Below are positions 1 to 7,999 of a stretch of DNA of 26,179 nt, one piece after another; position 1 is the first letter of the stretch, and every line of letters begins with the position of its first letter. The position numbers were made by a program, and so were the translations under genes. The stretch is from Thermoproteaceae archaeon (GTDB lineage: Archaea; Thermoproteota; Thermoprotei; Thermoproteales; Thermoproteaceae). The notes below the pieces were generated by a model, which was given only the letters and a program-made list of their open reading frames with translations, ran no database searches and had not been told where the DNA came from. The stretch is taken from positions 1 to 26,179 of the forward strand of contig JAJHRB010000016.1 of NCBI GenBank assembly GCA_020833025.1. The letters run 5' to 3'.

Positions 1-78
1 GTCAACGACAGCGGCGCCCTCGTCGGCGACGAGACAGCAGGCCCCGAGCTCATGAGAATAATGCAGGTGCTCGGATAA
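1..78 (+). CDS. eif6: Translation initiation factor aIF6, C-terminal end (5' truncated by window)
   Basis: Frame 1 reads VNDSGALVGDETAGPELMRIMQVLG*, matching the IF6 C-terminal N-x-x-GALVG-x-x-T-x-GPEL-x-RI pattern; it lies upstream of rpl18a-pfdA-ftsY as in the conserved archaeal cluster. Confidence 0.75.
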   Translation, partial: VNDSGALVGDETAGPELMRIMQVLG

Positions 79-167
79 CGGCGGTCGCGGCCCCGGGCAG
101 TAGCCCCGCGCGGGCGGGTTGCGAGCCAGGAGCGGCGCTGCCGTCTAAGGAGGGGAGGGGGCGGAGC

Positions 168-173
168 TTTTAA
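168..173 (+). promoter_or_regulatory. TATA-box-like element for rpl18a
   Basis: TTTTAA in a GC-rich intergenic region, 22 nt before the GTG at 196 (leaderless-type spacing). Confidence 0.55.
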
Positions 174-195
174 TGGTCTCAGGTCTGTAGCGAGC

Positions 196-435
196 GTGCT
201 GAGGGTCTACCGCATCGCCGGCAGCACAACCACCGGCATGAGGTTTGAGCTCGAGGTCGCGGCCGTGAAGCCGTATGACGCTGTGGAGAGGGTCTACTCG
301 CTATTGTGCGGCAGGCACAAGCTCACGAGACAGCAGATAAGGATCGAGAGCGTGATTCCCATCGCGCCGGAGCAGGCACGATCGCGCACTGTAAAGACCA
401 TGCTGGCGCTGGACAAAATAGTGAGACTCAGCTAG
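196..435 (+). CDS. rpl18a: 50S ribosomal protein L18Ae/LX (eL20)
   Basis: 79 aa; RVYRI...AVERVYSLLCGRHKLTRQQIRIESV matches the LX motif VYS-x-x-GS-x-H-x-x-x-R-x-x-I-x-I; position between aIF6 and prefoldin alpha. Confidence 0.85.
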   Translation: MLRVYRIAGSTTTGMRFELEVAAVKPYDAVERVYSLLCGRHKLTRQQIRIESVIPIAPEQARSRTVKTMLALDKIVRLS

Positions 436-445
436 GGGCGGGGCA

Positions 446-877
446 ATGTCTGTGCCTGCCGCGCGCCCAGACGCAAAACAGGAAATTGCGAGGCTCGTAG
501 AGGAGTACAGGCTGGTGAGCGAGCTACTCGCCAGCCTACAGGCGCAGTACAGCGTGGTTGAGGATACGCTGGAGGAGCTCGCCGTGGCGCTCGATGGCGT
601 GAGAGTGCTCAAGAGCGAGGGAGGCGGCGAGAAGTTTGTCCACATAGGCGCCGGGATTTTCGTCAGGGGCCAGTTCGCCGTGCGCGAGGTGCTCGTGCCA
701 ATCGGCGCCAGGTACTACGCATTCTTCGATCTCGAGACGGCAGAGGGAGTTTTAAGGGCCAGAATAGATGAGTACACTAAAATCAAGGCAGCACTGGAGG
801 ATAACATGAAGAGGCTCTCAGAGAGGGCGGCGCAGCTAAGGCAAGCGCTGGAGGGGTCCGGTGTGGTGATTAGATAA
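446..877 (+). CDS. pfdA: Prefoldin alpha subunit
   Basis: 143 aa; two coiled coils flanking beta-hairpins (VHIGAGIFV, VLVPIGARYY); conserved gene context. Confidence 0.9.
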   Translation: MSVPAARPDAKQEIARLVEEYRLVSELLASLQAQYSVVEDTLEELAVALDGVRVLKSEGGGEKFVHIGAGIFVRGQFAVREVLVPIGARYYAFFDLETAEGVLRARIDEYTKIKAALEDNMKRLSERAAQLRQALEGSGVVIR

Positions 878-1812
878 TGTTCTGGAGGCTGAAGAGCGCG
901 TTCTCCAACCTCGTCAGGACTGTCGTCGAGGCGGTAAAGGAGGATGTGCTGGGGGAGGGCGACGTTGAGAGAGCGCTCTCCAAGCTCTATGTCGAGCTTG
1001 TTGAGTGCGACGTCGCGGTTGACGTCGCCGACATGATAGTTAGCGACCTGAGGGGAAGGCTCGTGGGCGCTCGCGTGCCGCGGTTTGGCGAGAGGGAGGC
1101 GGCAGTGAGGGCGGTGATACATCGGGCGCTTCTCGACGCGCTGAGCGACGTGCCGGACGTGGACTTCTACGAGGAGTCCAGAAAGCTGCTGGAGAGGGCT
1201 AGGCCCGTCGTGGTGATGTTCCTCGGGCCCAACGGCTACGGCAAGACGACAACGCTTGCAAAACTTGCGTTCCAGCTGAGACAGATGGGGTACTCTGTCG
1301 TTGCCGCCGCCGCGGACACGTTTAGGGCCGGCGCCGTGGAGCAGCTTGAGGAGCACGGCAAGAGAGTCGGGTTCAGAGTAGTAGGCGGCCGTTATGGCGC
1401 CGACCCCGCGGCTGTTGCTTACGATGCAATCCAGCACGCGAGGTCGCGCGGCAGCCACTTCGTGCTCATAGACACGGCCGGGCGCATGCACACGGACAAG
1501 AACTTGATGGAGGAGCTGAGAAAAATCCAGAGAGTGGCCGAACCACACTTCTCCGTGTTCGTGTTCGACTCGCAGCTAGGCAACGACGCGCTCGAAATCG
1601 CAAAGCAGTACGCCGCGCACGTCAGAATTGACGGAATGGTCGCTGCCAAGGCAGACGTTTACCAGAGGGGAGGCTCCATCTTGACATTTATGTACACGCT
1701 CAGAAGGCCTATTTACTTTCTGGGCACAGGCCAGGCGTATAGTGACCTTGTCAAGTTCTCCAAGTCCGAGTACCTCAGACAGTTACTGCTGGAGGAGTTT
1801 GCGGGGTCATGA
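877..1812 (+). CDS. ftsY: Signal recognition particle receptor FtsY
   Basis: GPNGYGKTTT P-loop, DTFRAGAVEQL, DTAGR and AKAD SRP-GTPase motifs. Confidence 0.97.
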   Translation: MFWRLKSAFSNLVRTVVEAVKEDVLGEGDVERALSKLYVELVECDVAVDVADMIVSDLRGRLVGARVPRFGEREAAVRAVIHRALLDALSDVPDVDFYEESRKLLERARPVVVMFLGPNGYGKTTTLAKLAFQLRQMGYSVVAAAADTFRAGAVEQLEEHGKRVGFRVVGGRYGADPAAVAYDAIQHARSRGSHFVLIDTAGRMHTDKNLMEELRKIQRVAEPHFSVFVFDSQLGNDALEIAKQYAAHVRIDGMVAAKADVYQRGGSILTFMYTLRRPIYFLGTGQAYSDLVKFSKSEYLRQLLLEEFAGS

Positions 1813-2123
1813 GGGTGCCCTCTCTGGCTAGGCTCCGCGAGAGGCTGCTGAATTTCTGGCGCGACATCAGATGGGCCGTGACCGCAGCGAGGAAACCTGA
1901 CGATAGGGAGTTGAAACTCGCGGCGAAGTTCTTGCTGGTGTCGGCCTTCGTTGCCGGAGTGGTGCAGGTCGTCTTTCACGTGATCGGCACTTACGTGATG
2001 AGCTACGTTTACAGGCAGCCGGTTCACTCGCTTGGAGACCCCGTGAAGGGCGCTGTGGTCGTGCTGGTGTCCGTTACTGCAATTTTCATCGTGCTGATGT
2101 ACCTCCTCGCCAAGCTGAGATAG
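1809..2123 (+). CDS. secE: Protein translocase SecE/Sec61-gamma, with an extra C-terminal hydrophobic segment
   Basis: Amphipathic N-terminal helix + ARKPDDREL (KP-x-x-x-E) + TM helix; located between ftsY and spt5/nusG as in the conserved cluster. Confidence 0.75.
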   Translation: MRVPSLARLRERLLNFWRDIRWAVTAARKPDDRELKLAAKFLLVSAFVAGVVQVVFHVIGTYVMSYVYRQPVHSLGDPVKGAVVVLVSVTAIFIVLMYLLAKLR

Positions 2124-2188
2124 CTCGCGCGCTCTAAGCAGGGGCGCACGTCAAGCGCGGCAGAGTAATGCGGCATCTCACATGCCTA

Positions 2189-2223
2189 GAAAGCCTTGCC
2201 CTTTAGGGCGGGGAGGCAGTTCA
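2189..2223 (+). mobile_element. Orphan IS200/IS605-type right-end hairpin
   Basis: GAAAG-CCTTGCCC-TTTA-GGGCGGGG-AGGCAGT-TCA: same hairpin as both ends of the decayed tnpB element at 22901-22920 and 23576-23596, ending in TCA; no transposase or tnpB nearby. Confidence 0.55.
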
Positions 2224-2336
2224 GAGCCCAGTACAGCGGGGAGCGTCCTACTGGGCATCGGTTTTCTCTACTCCCTTGAGGAGGTGCGGGGTTCCCGGAA
2301 TCCACCAAGTGCCTCTTCCGGCGGCTTGGAGCTCCC

Positions 2337-2409
2337 GCGCGAGGGAAGGTTAAAAGGGGAACGATAGAGGAAAGCTGTAATGGTGAGAGAGAGCCCCTCT
2401 GAGGCCAGA
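2337..2409 (+). repeat. Dispersed repeat copy 1 (promoter + C-box/guide/D'-box half), overlapping the spt5 start
   Basis: 2337-2359 is identical (23/23) to 7380-7402; 2375-2409 matches 7420-7454 at 32/35 positions. Confidence 0.9.
2350..2355 (+). promoter_or_regulatory. BRE/TATA element for spt5
   Basis: GAAGG-TTAAAA, 24 nt before the ATG at 2380. Confidence 0.65.
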
Positions 2410-2886
2410 CCCCGCTCGAGCAGCCCGCTTTATGCCGTCAGCGTTGTTGCGCGCCAGGAGTACAACATAGCGGTACTGCTCAAGGCGAGAGTTGAGTCAA
2501 GTAATATTCCAGTGTACTCAATTGTCGTGCCTCCTAGCAGTCTAGGCGTGCTGTTCGTGGAGGGCGAGTCTCTCCCCGCCGTGACCCGCGCCATATACGG
2601 CATTAGACATGTCAAGGGCTTGTTGAAGGGCGTTACGAACGTGGAGGAGGTCGTCAGGCTGCTCAAGCCTGCCAAGCCCGCCGTGGAGGTGAACATCGGC
2701 GACGAGATTGAGATAACCGCCGACATTCTAAAGGGCAGCAGGGGGCGAGTTATTTACGTCGACCGCGAGAAGGGCATTGTGCGCGTGGAGCTTCTCGACA
2801 CGGCATTCCCCATGCCCCTGGATCTCAGGATCAGCGAAGTGAGGCTCGTCAGGAGGGCCTTGCAGGGAGCCGGGTCCGGCGCGTAA
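2380..2886 (+). CDS. spt5: Transcription elongation factor Spt5/NusG
   Basis: NGN domain (LYAVSVVARQEYNIA...GVLFVEG) plus KOW (IGDEIEITADILKGSRGRV); directly upstream of rpl11. Confidence 0.92.
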   Translation: MVRESPSEARPRSSSPLYAVSVVARQEYNIAVLLKARVESSNIPVYSIVVPPSSLGVLFVEGESLPAVTRAIYGIRHVKGLLKGVTNVEEVVRLLKPAKPAVEVNIGDEIEITADILKGSRGRVIYVDREKGIVRVELLDTAFPMPLDLRISEVRLVRRALQGAGSGA

Positions 2887-3019
2887 CAGCCACGCCCTGT
2901 CTCGCTCCCGCCGCGAAATCGCGCCCGACGGCGCCCGCCCTCTAATGCTGCGCACGCCAGCGCCTCTGGATTCGGTCCCGCGGGCAATACTCTTTTAACT
3001 ACGTAGGAGCGCGCTGGCC

Positions 3020-3535
3020 GTGCGCGTAGTCAAGCGTGTCGTGACGGTGCCACTTCAGAGGGAGAGAGTCGCCGCGACCCCGCAGTTTCAGGACACGCTC
3101 AAGCAGCTGGGCCTCGACCCCGACACTGTGGTTAAGCAGGTTCAGGAGAGGCTGAGGGCGTACGCTAAGTACCCGGTGCAGAAGGTAGAGCTTGAGGTCG
3201 TCTCCCCAACGAAGTACGCCGTCAGAGTCTACCTGCCGCCAATAGGCGATCTTTTGCTGAAGCTGCTCGGCAGGGATGTCGGCGCGCACGATCCCAAGAG
3301 CGAAACGATAGGCGATGTGTCGTTCGAGCAGCTCGTCGAGATTGCTATACTGAAACGCGACGAGCTGAAGTCGAGGACGCTAAAGACGGCGGTGAAACAG
3401 CTGTTGAGCACTTGCAGGTCAATGGGCATAACAGTTGACGGCAAGCGCGCCGACGAGGTTATTAAGGAGGTCGAGAGCGGCGCGCGCGACAAGATTCTCA
3501 AGAGGTACGAGAGCGCGTGGAGCCAGCAGCCGTAG
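3020..3535 (+). CDS. rpl11: 50S ribosomal protein L11 (uL11)
   Basis: [43 protein letters not shown] motifs; GTG start. Confidence 0.95.
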   Translation: MRVVKRVVTVPLQRERVAATPQFQDTLKQLGLDPDTVVKQVQERLRAYAKYPVQKVELEVVSPTKYAVRVYLPPIGDLLLKLLGRDVGAHDPKSETIGDVSFEQLVEIAILKRDELKSRTLKTAVKQLLSTCRSMGITVDGKRADEVIKEVESGARDKILKRYESAWSQQP

Positions 3536-3574
3536 CGCGTCTAAGATATTAAAACGCCTCCATTTCGCGCGACG

Positions 3575-4246
3575 ATGAGCGCACTTATAAACCGGCAGGC
3601 CTTACTGTCAAGAATAGCGGAGGCGCTAAAGAGCGGCAGGCCCCGTCGCTTCGTGCAAAGCGTAGAGCTGATACTCGTGCTGAGGGATGTGGACTTGACA
3701 AAATCCGAGAACCGCCTGAATATCATCGTGCCGCTGCCCCACCCCCCAGAGCCTAACAGAGTTGCCGCGTTCGCGCACGGCGCCTTCGAGACAGCAGTGA
3801 GGGGGGCCGGCGTCAGCGCAGTGATAACGAGGGAGCAAATCGAAGCCCTCGCCGGGAGCAAGAGGGCGGTCAGAAGGCTCGCGAAGCAGCACGACTTTTT
3901 CATCGCCCCGCCGGACTTAATGCCGCTCCTGGGCAGAACAATAGGCCCGATATTCGGGCCCCGCGGCAAGATGCCCGAGGTCGTGCCGCCAGGAGCTGAC
4001 GTGAGGGCGGCAGTGGACAGGCTAAGCAGGGCCGTGCGAATCAGGCTGAGAAATGAGCCCGTAGTGAAGGTCAGAGTTGGCTCCGAGAGGCAGAGCCCGG
4101 AGGAAATACTGAAGAATGTACTTATTGTTATAGATGAAATCAACAAGAAATTTCCGATCAGGCAGCACTTGAAGAAAATATACATTAAAAAGACAATGGG
4201 ACCTCCCGTTAGAATTCTGCCGGCCGAGGTTCTAGTCAAGCGCTAA
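3575..4246 (+). CDS. rpl1: 50S ribosomal protein L1 (uL1)
   Basis: RRFVQSVELI, LGPIFGPRGKMP-like (IGPIFGPRGKMP) and KTMGPP motifs. Confidence 0.97.
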   Translation: MSALINRQALLSRIAEALKSGRPRRFVQSVELILVLRDVDLTKSENRLNIIVPLPHPPEPNRVAAFAHGAFETAVRGAGVSAVITREQIEALAGSKRAVRRLAKQHDFFIAPPDLMPLLGRTIGPIFGPRGKMPEVVPPGADVRAAVDRLSRAVRIRLRNEPVVKVRVGSERQSPEEILKNVLIVIDEINKKFPIRQHLKKIYIKKTMGPPVRILPAEVLVKR

Positions 4247-4275
4247 AGTTCAAAATACCCGGAGCTCGCGCGGGC

Positions 4276-5313
4276 ATGTCGAGTGCCGCCCGCGGTTACA
4301 CCAGAACTAAGCCCTACCCGCCGCGTAAGGTAAGAATCGTCGAGGAAGCGGCAAGGCTCCTGCAGGAGTACAGCTACGTTTTCATATTCGATCTGCACAA
4401 GCTAAAGGCAGGCATTCTCCACGAGTACAGATACAGGCTGAGGCCGTACGGCGTTGTAAAAATAATCAAGCCGACGCTGTTCAGAATAGCGTTCGCAAGG
4501 GTCTTCGGCGAGATACCGCCAGACATAGCGAAGAGAGTCAGGGGCGAGGTGGGATTTCTATTCACTAACGCGAACCCTGTCGAGATCGCTAGAGTAATTG
4601 CAGAGAACAGCGTGAGAAGGGCCGCTAGACCCGGCGACACGGCGCCCTACGACATAGCAGTACCAGCGGGCCCCACGAGCGCGTCGCCGGGCCCCATAAT
4701 TTCCAAGTTCAGCAAACTGAAAATACCGATCAGAGTGCAGGAGGGCAAGATCTGGGTTGCAAAAGATACCATTATTGTCAAGGCTGGCCAGCAAATAACG
4801 CCAGAAGTGGCCGAGGTGCTCAGAGTAGTTGGCATAAAGCCCGTGTTCGAGCAGCTGAGACTGCTAGGCATGATCCTGAGGGGGAGGAGGTTCGTGGAGA
4901 TCTCAGTGCTCGCTGTCGACGCGAGCGAGTACAGGAAGCTCCTCGAAAGCGCCGTCACTGCAGCAAGGAATCTAGCTCTGAGTATAGTGTATCCGGCGAG
5001 GGAGGTTCTCTACGTTGTACTGCCCGCCGCGCACGCGAGGGCCGTCGCGCTCGCCGCGAGACTCGCGGTGATAGCCAGAGAGACCCTGCCGCTGCTCGTG
5101 AGCAGGGCAGCGGCCGAGACCGCGGCGCTCGCTGCCGCGCTCGCCCAGAGAGCGCCGGAACTCGGCATTCAGGTCGCGCAGGCGACGCAGGCAGAGAGAG
5201 GCGCTGGCGGCGGGGAGGCCCGCAAGCCCGAGGTGCCAGAGAGGGCCGGCGGGGAGAAAAAAGAGGGGCCCGGCGGGGAGGAAGTGGCGGGAGCCTTGGC
5301 GTCGCTGTTCTAG
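4276..5313 (+). CDS. rplP0: 50S ribosomal protein L10/P0 (uL10)
   Basis: KIIKPTLFRIA, APYDIAVPAGPT, PGPIISKFSKLKIP, Ala-rich stalk helices and C-terminal EEVAGALASLF. Confidence 0.97.
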   Translation: MSSAARGYTRTKPYPPRKVRIVEEAARLLQEYSYVFIFDLHKLKAGILHEYRYRLRPYGVVKIIKPTLFRIAFARVFGEIPPDIAKRVRGEVGFLFTNANPVEIARVIAENSVRRAARPGDTAPYDIAVPAGPTSASPGPIISKFSKLKIPIRVQEGKIWVAKDTIIVKAGQQITPEVAEVLRVVGIKPVFEQLRLLGMILRGRRFVEISVLAVDASEYRKLLESAVTAARNLALSIVYPAREVLYVVLPAAHARAVALAARLAVIARETLPLLVSRAAAETAALAAALAQRAPELGIQVAQATQAERGAGGGEARKPEVPERAGGEKKEGPGGEEVAGALASLF

Positions 5314-6266
5314 TGCCGGCGAGAGTCTTCGCCCCCGGCGCCATTAAGCTGTTCGGCGAGCACGCAGTAGTCTACGGAAAGCCCGCAATAGCCGCGGCAA
5401 TTGACCGGGGCGTCAGGGTCGAGTGCAGCGCGTGGGACAGGCTTGCGATCGAGACCGCCGGGACTCCCGCGAGACTGGTCTACATTCCCGACGAGGGGCG
5501 CCTCGAGGCGCGCGGCGCCGAGAGATTCCTGGCGTACGCAGTCGCGGCGATCAAGGTGGCGAGAGAGGCGTGGGGCGACATTAAGGCCAGGTTTACAATA
5601 GAGAGCGAGCTGCCCCCGGGCATCGGCGCCGCCACGTCGGCCGCGGTCTCGGTGGGCATCCTGAGGGCGTACGCCGCGTGCGCCAGCGCTGGCGTGAGCA
5701 AGGAGGAGCTCGCGAGGTTAGGCCACAGAGTCGAGCTTGAGGTTCAGGGCATTGCGTCGCCCATGGATACAGCCGTCGTGACATTCGGCGGCCTGCTGAG
5801 GGTGTGGCCAAGCCCGCTCCGCGTCGAGAGATTAAGCGCCGCGCTCCCGCCACTTTACGTGGTCGTGCTGCCGCGGAGGGGCACGACTGGCGAGATAGTC
5901 GCGGACGTCAAGTCGCTGCTGGCCAGGCACAAGTCGGCGGCATCGGTCGTGGACGCGATAGGGGCTCTTGTCGATGAGGCGCACGGCTGCCTGGTGAGGG
6001 GGGATTTGGAGTGCGTGGGCGAGCTCATGGAGCTCAATAACTGGCTGCTGGGAGCTCTGAAAGTAGTCGACAGCAGGGTGGTCTCGCTGCTGGAATTGAC
6101 GCGGCCGTTCACTTACGGCGGCAAGGTGAGCGGCGCGGGGCGTGGAGGGGTCGTGGTGCTGCTCCCGCGGGACGGTCGCGCGCTTGACAGGATCCTCTCT
6201 GCGCTCGGGTACGCGTACTACAGAGTGTCCGTGGCGGAGGGCGGCGTGACGGCCTGGAGCGACTAA
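5313..6266 (+). CDS. mvk: Mevalonate kinase (GHMP family)
   Basis: APGAIKLFGEHAVVYGKPAIAAAI, PPGIGAATSAA ATP loop, SPMDT, KVSGAGRGG; GTG start overlaps the rplP0 TAG. Confidence 0.92.
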   Translation: MPARVFAPGAIKLFGEHAVVYGKPAIAAAIDRGVRVECSAWDRLAIETAGTPARLVYIPDEGRLEARGAERFLAYAVAAIKVAREAWGDIKARFTIESELPPGIGAATSAAVSVGILRAYAACASAGVSKEELARLGHRVELEVQGIASPMDTAVVTFGGLLRVWPSPLRVERLSAALPPLYVVVLPRRGTTGEIVADVKSLLARHKSAASVVDAIGALVDEAHGCLVRGDLECVGELMELNNWLLGALKVVDSRVVSLLELTRPFTYGGKVSGAGRGGVVVLLPRDGRALDRILSALGYAYYRVSVAEGGVTAWSD

Positions 6267-6556
6267 TGGCGGGGCGGGAGGTCAGGGGGCTTCTCGTGAT
6301 GGTGCGAGACTTAGTAATACTGTCACTTGAAATAGAGCCGTGCGGGCGCGCGTTCACATTCCAAGTGACCGGGAGGGAGCTGCGCCTTTGCGGCAAGACC
6401 CTCGTGCTGAGCGAGAGCGTCGGCGAGTTCGCGCGCGGGCTGCTCGTGCTCGGCGGCACTCCATTTCACGCAGAATGCGCGTCGGGAAATTGCGTTGCTG
6501 TCAGAGCAGCTCCCCACCCTGCGAGAACATTGCATCAAGCTCCTCGAGATCCTTGA
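6266..6556 (+). CDS. Hypothetical protein (96 aa)
   Basis: Start overlaps the mvk stop (TAATG); beta-rich with several Cys; 3' end overlaps the convergent nucleotidyltransferase gene. Confidence 0.55.
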   Translation: MAGREVRGLLVMVRDLVILSLEIEPCGRAFTFQVTGRELRLCGKTLVLSESVGEFARGLLVLGGTPFHAECASGNCVAVRAAPHPARTLHQAPRDP

Positions 6557-7193
6557 GGTTATCAACTGAGCGCCAGAATACGTCCTTGAACAGGGCTGCC
6601 TTGAGTCGCCGCTGGCGCGCCAGTAGCGGGAACAGCGTCTCCTCCACGTTCCCGCGGTCCGGCAGCTCGCCGAGCAGCTTTTTCCTGAGGGCGTAGACGC
6701 CGGCATTGATGTAAAATCCCTCCAGCACGGGCTTCTCGACAAATCTCGTGATGAGGCCGTTCGCGTCAAACTCAACAATGCCGTAGGGGCTCTTCAGAGG
6801 CACCAGCGCAATCGCGCCGTCGGCGTTACCAAGCTCCTCGAGCAGCTTGCTGACTGGCAGGTTCGTTATGATGTCCCCGTTGACGACGATGAATACGTCA
6901 TCTGTAATGAAGGGGGCGGCATTCTTTATCGCGCCGCCTGTGCCCAGCGGCTCCTCCTCGACGCTGTAGAGGATCCTAACGCCGTACTTCCTCCCGTCGC
7001 CAATAGTCTCAAATATCTTATGCCGTAAGTATCCCACTGCTAGTATTACATCCGTCACGCCGTGATGCCTGAGCCACTCTATCTGCCTCGCCAGTATTGG
7101 CTTGCCGCCGACCGGCAGTAGAGGCTTGGGCACATCGCTCGTGAGCGGCGCCAGTCTCTTGCCAAAGCCGCCGGCTAGAATGACGGCTTGCAC
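6501..7193 (-). CDS. Sugar-phosphate nucleotidyltransferase (NTP_transferase family)
   Basis: AVILAGGFGKRLAPLT-x-x-x-PKPLL, EEEPLGTGGAI, VVNGDI, INAGVY. Start set at GTG 7193, with TTAAAA-like promoter ~20 nt upstream, rather than the ORF-track start at 7490. Confidence 0.9.
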   Translation of the reverse strand: MQAVILAGGFGKRLAPLTSDVPKPLLPVGGKPILARQIEWLRHHGVTDVILAVGYLRHKIFETIGDGRKYGVRILYSVEEEPLGTGGAIKNAAPFITDDVFIVVNGDIITNLPVSKLLEELGNADGAIALVPLKSPYGIVEFDANGLITRFVEKPVLEGFYINAGVYALRKKLLGELPDRGNVEETLFPLLARQRRLKAALFKDVFWRSVDNLKDLEELDAMFSQGGELL

Positions 7194-7379
7194 GCGCGCA
7201 GTGGGGCGCGCGCTTTTAAGCAGTGCGCGCAGCCCCGAATCCCTGCCCTCGCGACGGGACTGCCGGCAGCCCGCCCCCAGTCTCAGCCGCCCCAGAGCCC
7301 TAGAGCCGGCCTCTGGGGTCGGTCGCGGGATGGCTTGGCTGTCGGCGGGACGGCTGCAGTAGGGCCGCCTCTGCCCCAA

Positions 7380-7454
7380 GCGCGAGGGAAGGTTAAAAGG
7401 GGGAGGGGACAGGAGGGGGCTGTAGTGGTGAGATAGAACCCCTCTGAGGCCAGA
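7380..7454 (+). repeat. Dispersed repeat copy 2 (promoter + 5' half of C/D sRNA)
   Basis: See copy 1: 23-bp identity plus a 32/35 block. Confidence 0.9.
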
Positions 7455-7476
7455 TGACGAGGTCGTTGCTCGCTGA
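7425..7476 (+). ncRNA. Probable box C/D methylation-guide sRNA
   Basis: C-like GTGGTGA (7425-31), 12-nt guide GATAGAACCCCT, D' CTGA (7444-47), C' ATGACGA (7454-60), 12-nt guide GGTCGTTGCTCG, D CTGA (7473-76); TTAAAA promoter at 7393-98. The C box is a variant (G at position 4). Confidence 0.65.
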
Positions 7477-7651
7477 CTGGGGCGTGCCAATGTCTGCGCT
7501 TACACTGTGCCAGCATATTGCGTATTGCACTGCCAGTGCGAGCCGCGCGCACCTGGACCGGCCGAGGCCGCGGTTAGCGATATTACTGCCGCTCAGAAGA
7601 ATAAGCGGCGCCGGGGCGCTAGCAGCGAAAACCTTTTATAGATAGCTCTAC

Positions 7652-7999
7652 GTGTATCACATCGTGAACGTGAGAGTGTGCGAGATACTGGCGAGGTACT
7701 TCATCGAGGCGGTGTCGAGAGCGCGGGGTAACATTATCAGCTTTGTCGTCGGCGACATCGCGCGCTGGGCAGAGGCAAAGCTGAGGCCGGCTAAGTCCGT
7801 CGTCTTTAAGGTCACGAGTGTTGCCAGAGTGCTTCTAGCAACGGGGTATCTCGAGAAGCTCGGAAAGAAGTACATACTCAGAAGGGACAGTCCGCTGTGG
7901 AGGGGGGCCAAGGCAGGCGACATTGAAAAAATATGTGAAATAATAGAGAGCGCTATGTCTGTTTACCCATCTGCTTATTCCAAAGTGGCGAACAAGTAA
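7652..7999 (+). CDS. Hypothetical protein, possible winged-helix DNA-binding fold
   Basis: 115 aa with a wing-like GYLEKLGKKYILRR segment; TTTTATA promoter ~20 nt upstream of the GTG. Confidence 0.7.
   Translation: MYHIVNVRVCEILARYFIEAVSRARGNIISFVVGDIARWAEAKLRPAKSVVFKVTSVARVLLATGYLEKLGKKYILRRDSPLWRGAKAGDIEKICEIIESAMSVYPSAYSKVANK

Noticed and set aside
715-1548. 277-aa minus-strand ORF
   Set aside because: Antisense shadow of ftsY/pfdA, typical of high-GC DNA; no motifs.
2182-2367. 61-aa ORF between secE and spt5
   Set aside because: Runs through the IS-end hairpin and the spt5 promoter; low-complexity G/P/S composition.
7194-7490. 99-aa N-terminal extension of the nucleotidyltransferase
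   Set aside because: The family motif begins right after GTG 7193 with a TATA box ~20 nt upstream; the extension crosses the sRNA and hairpin region.
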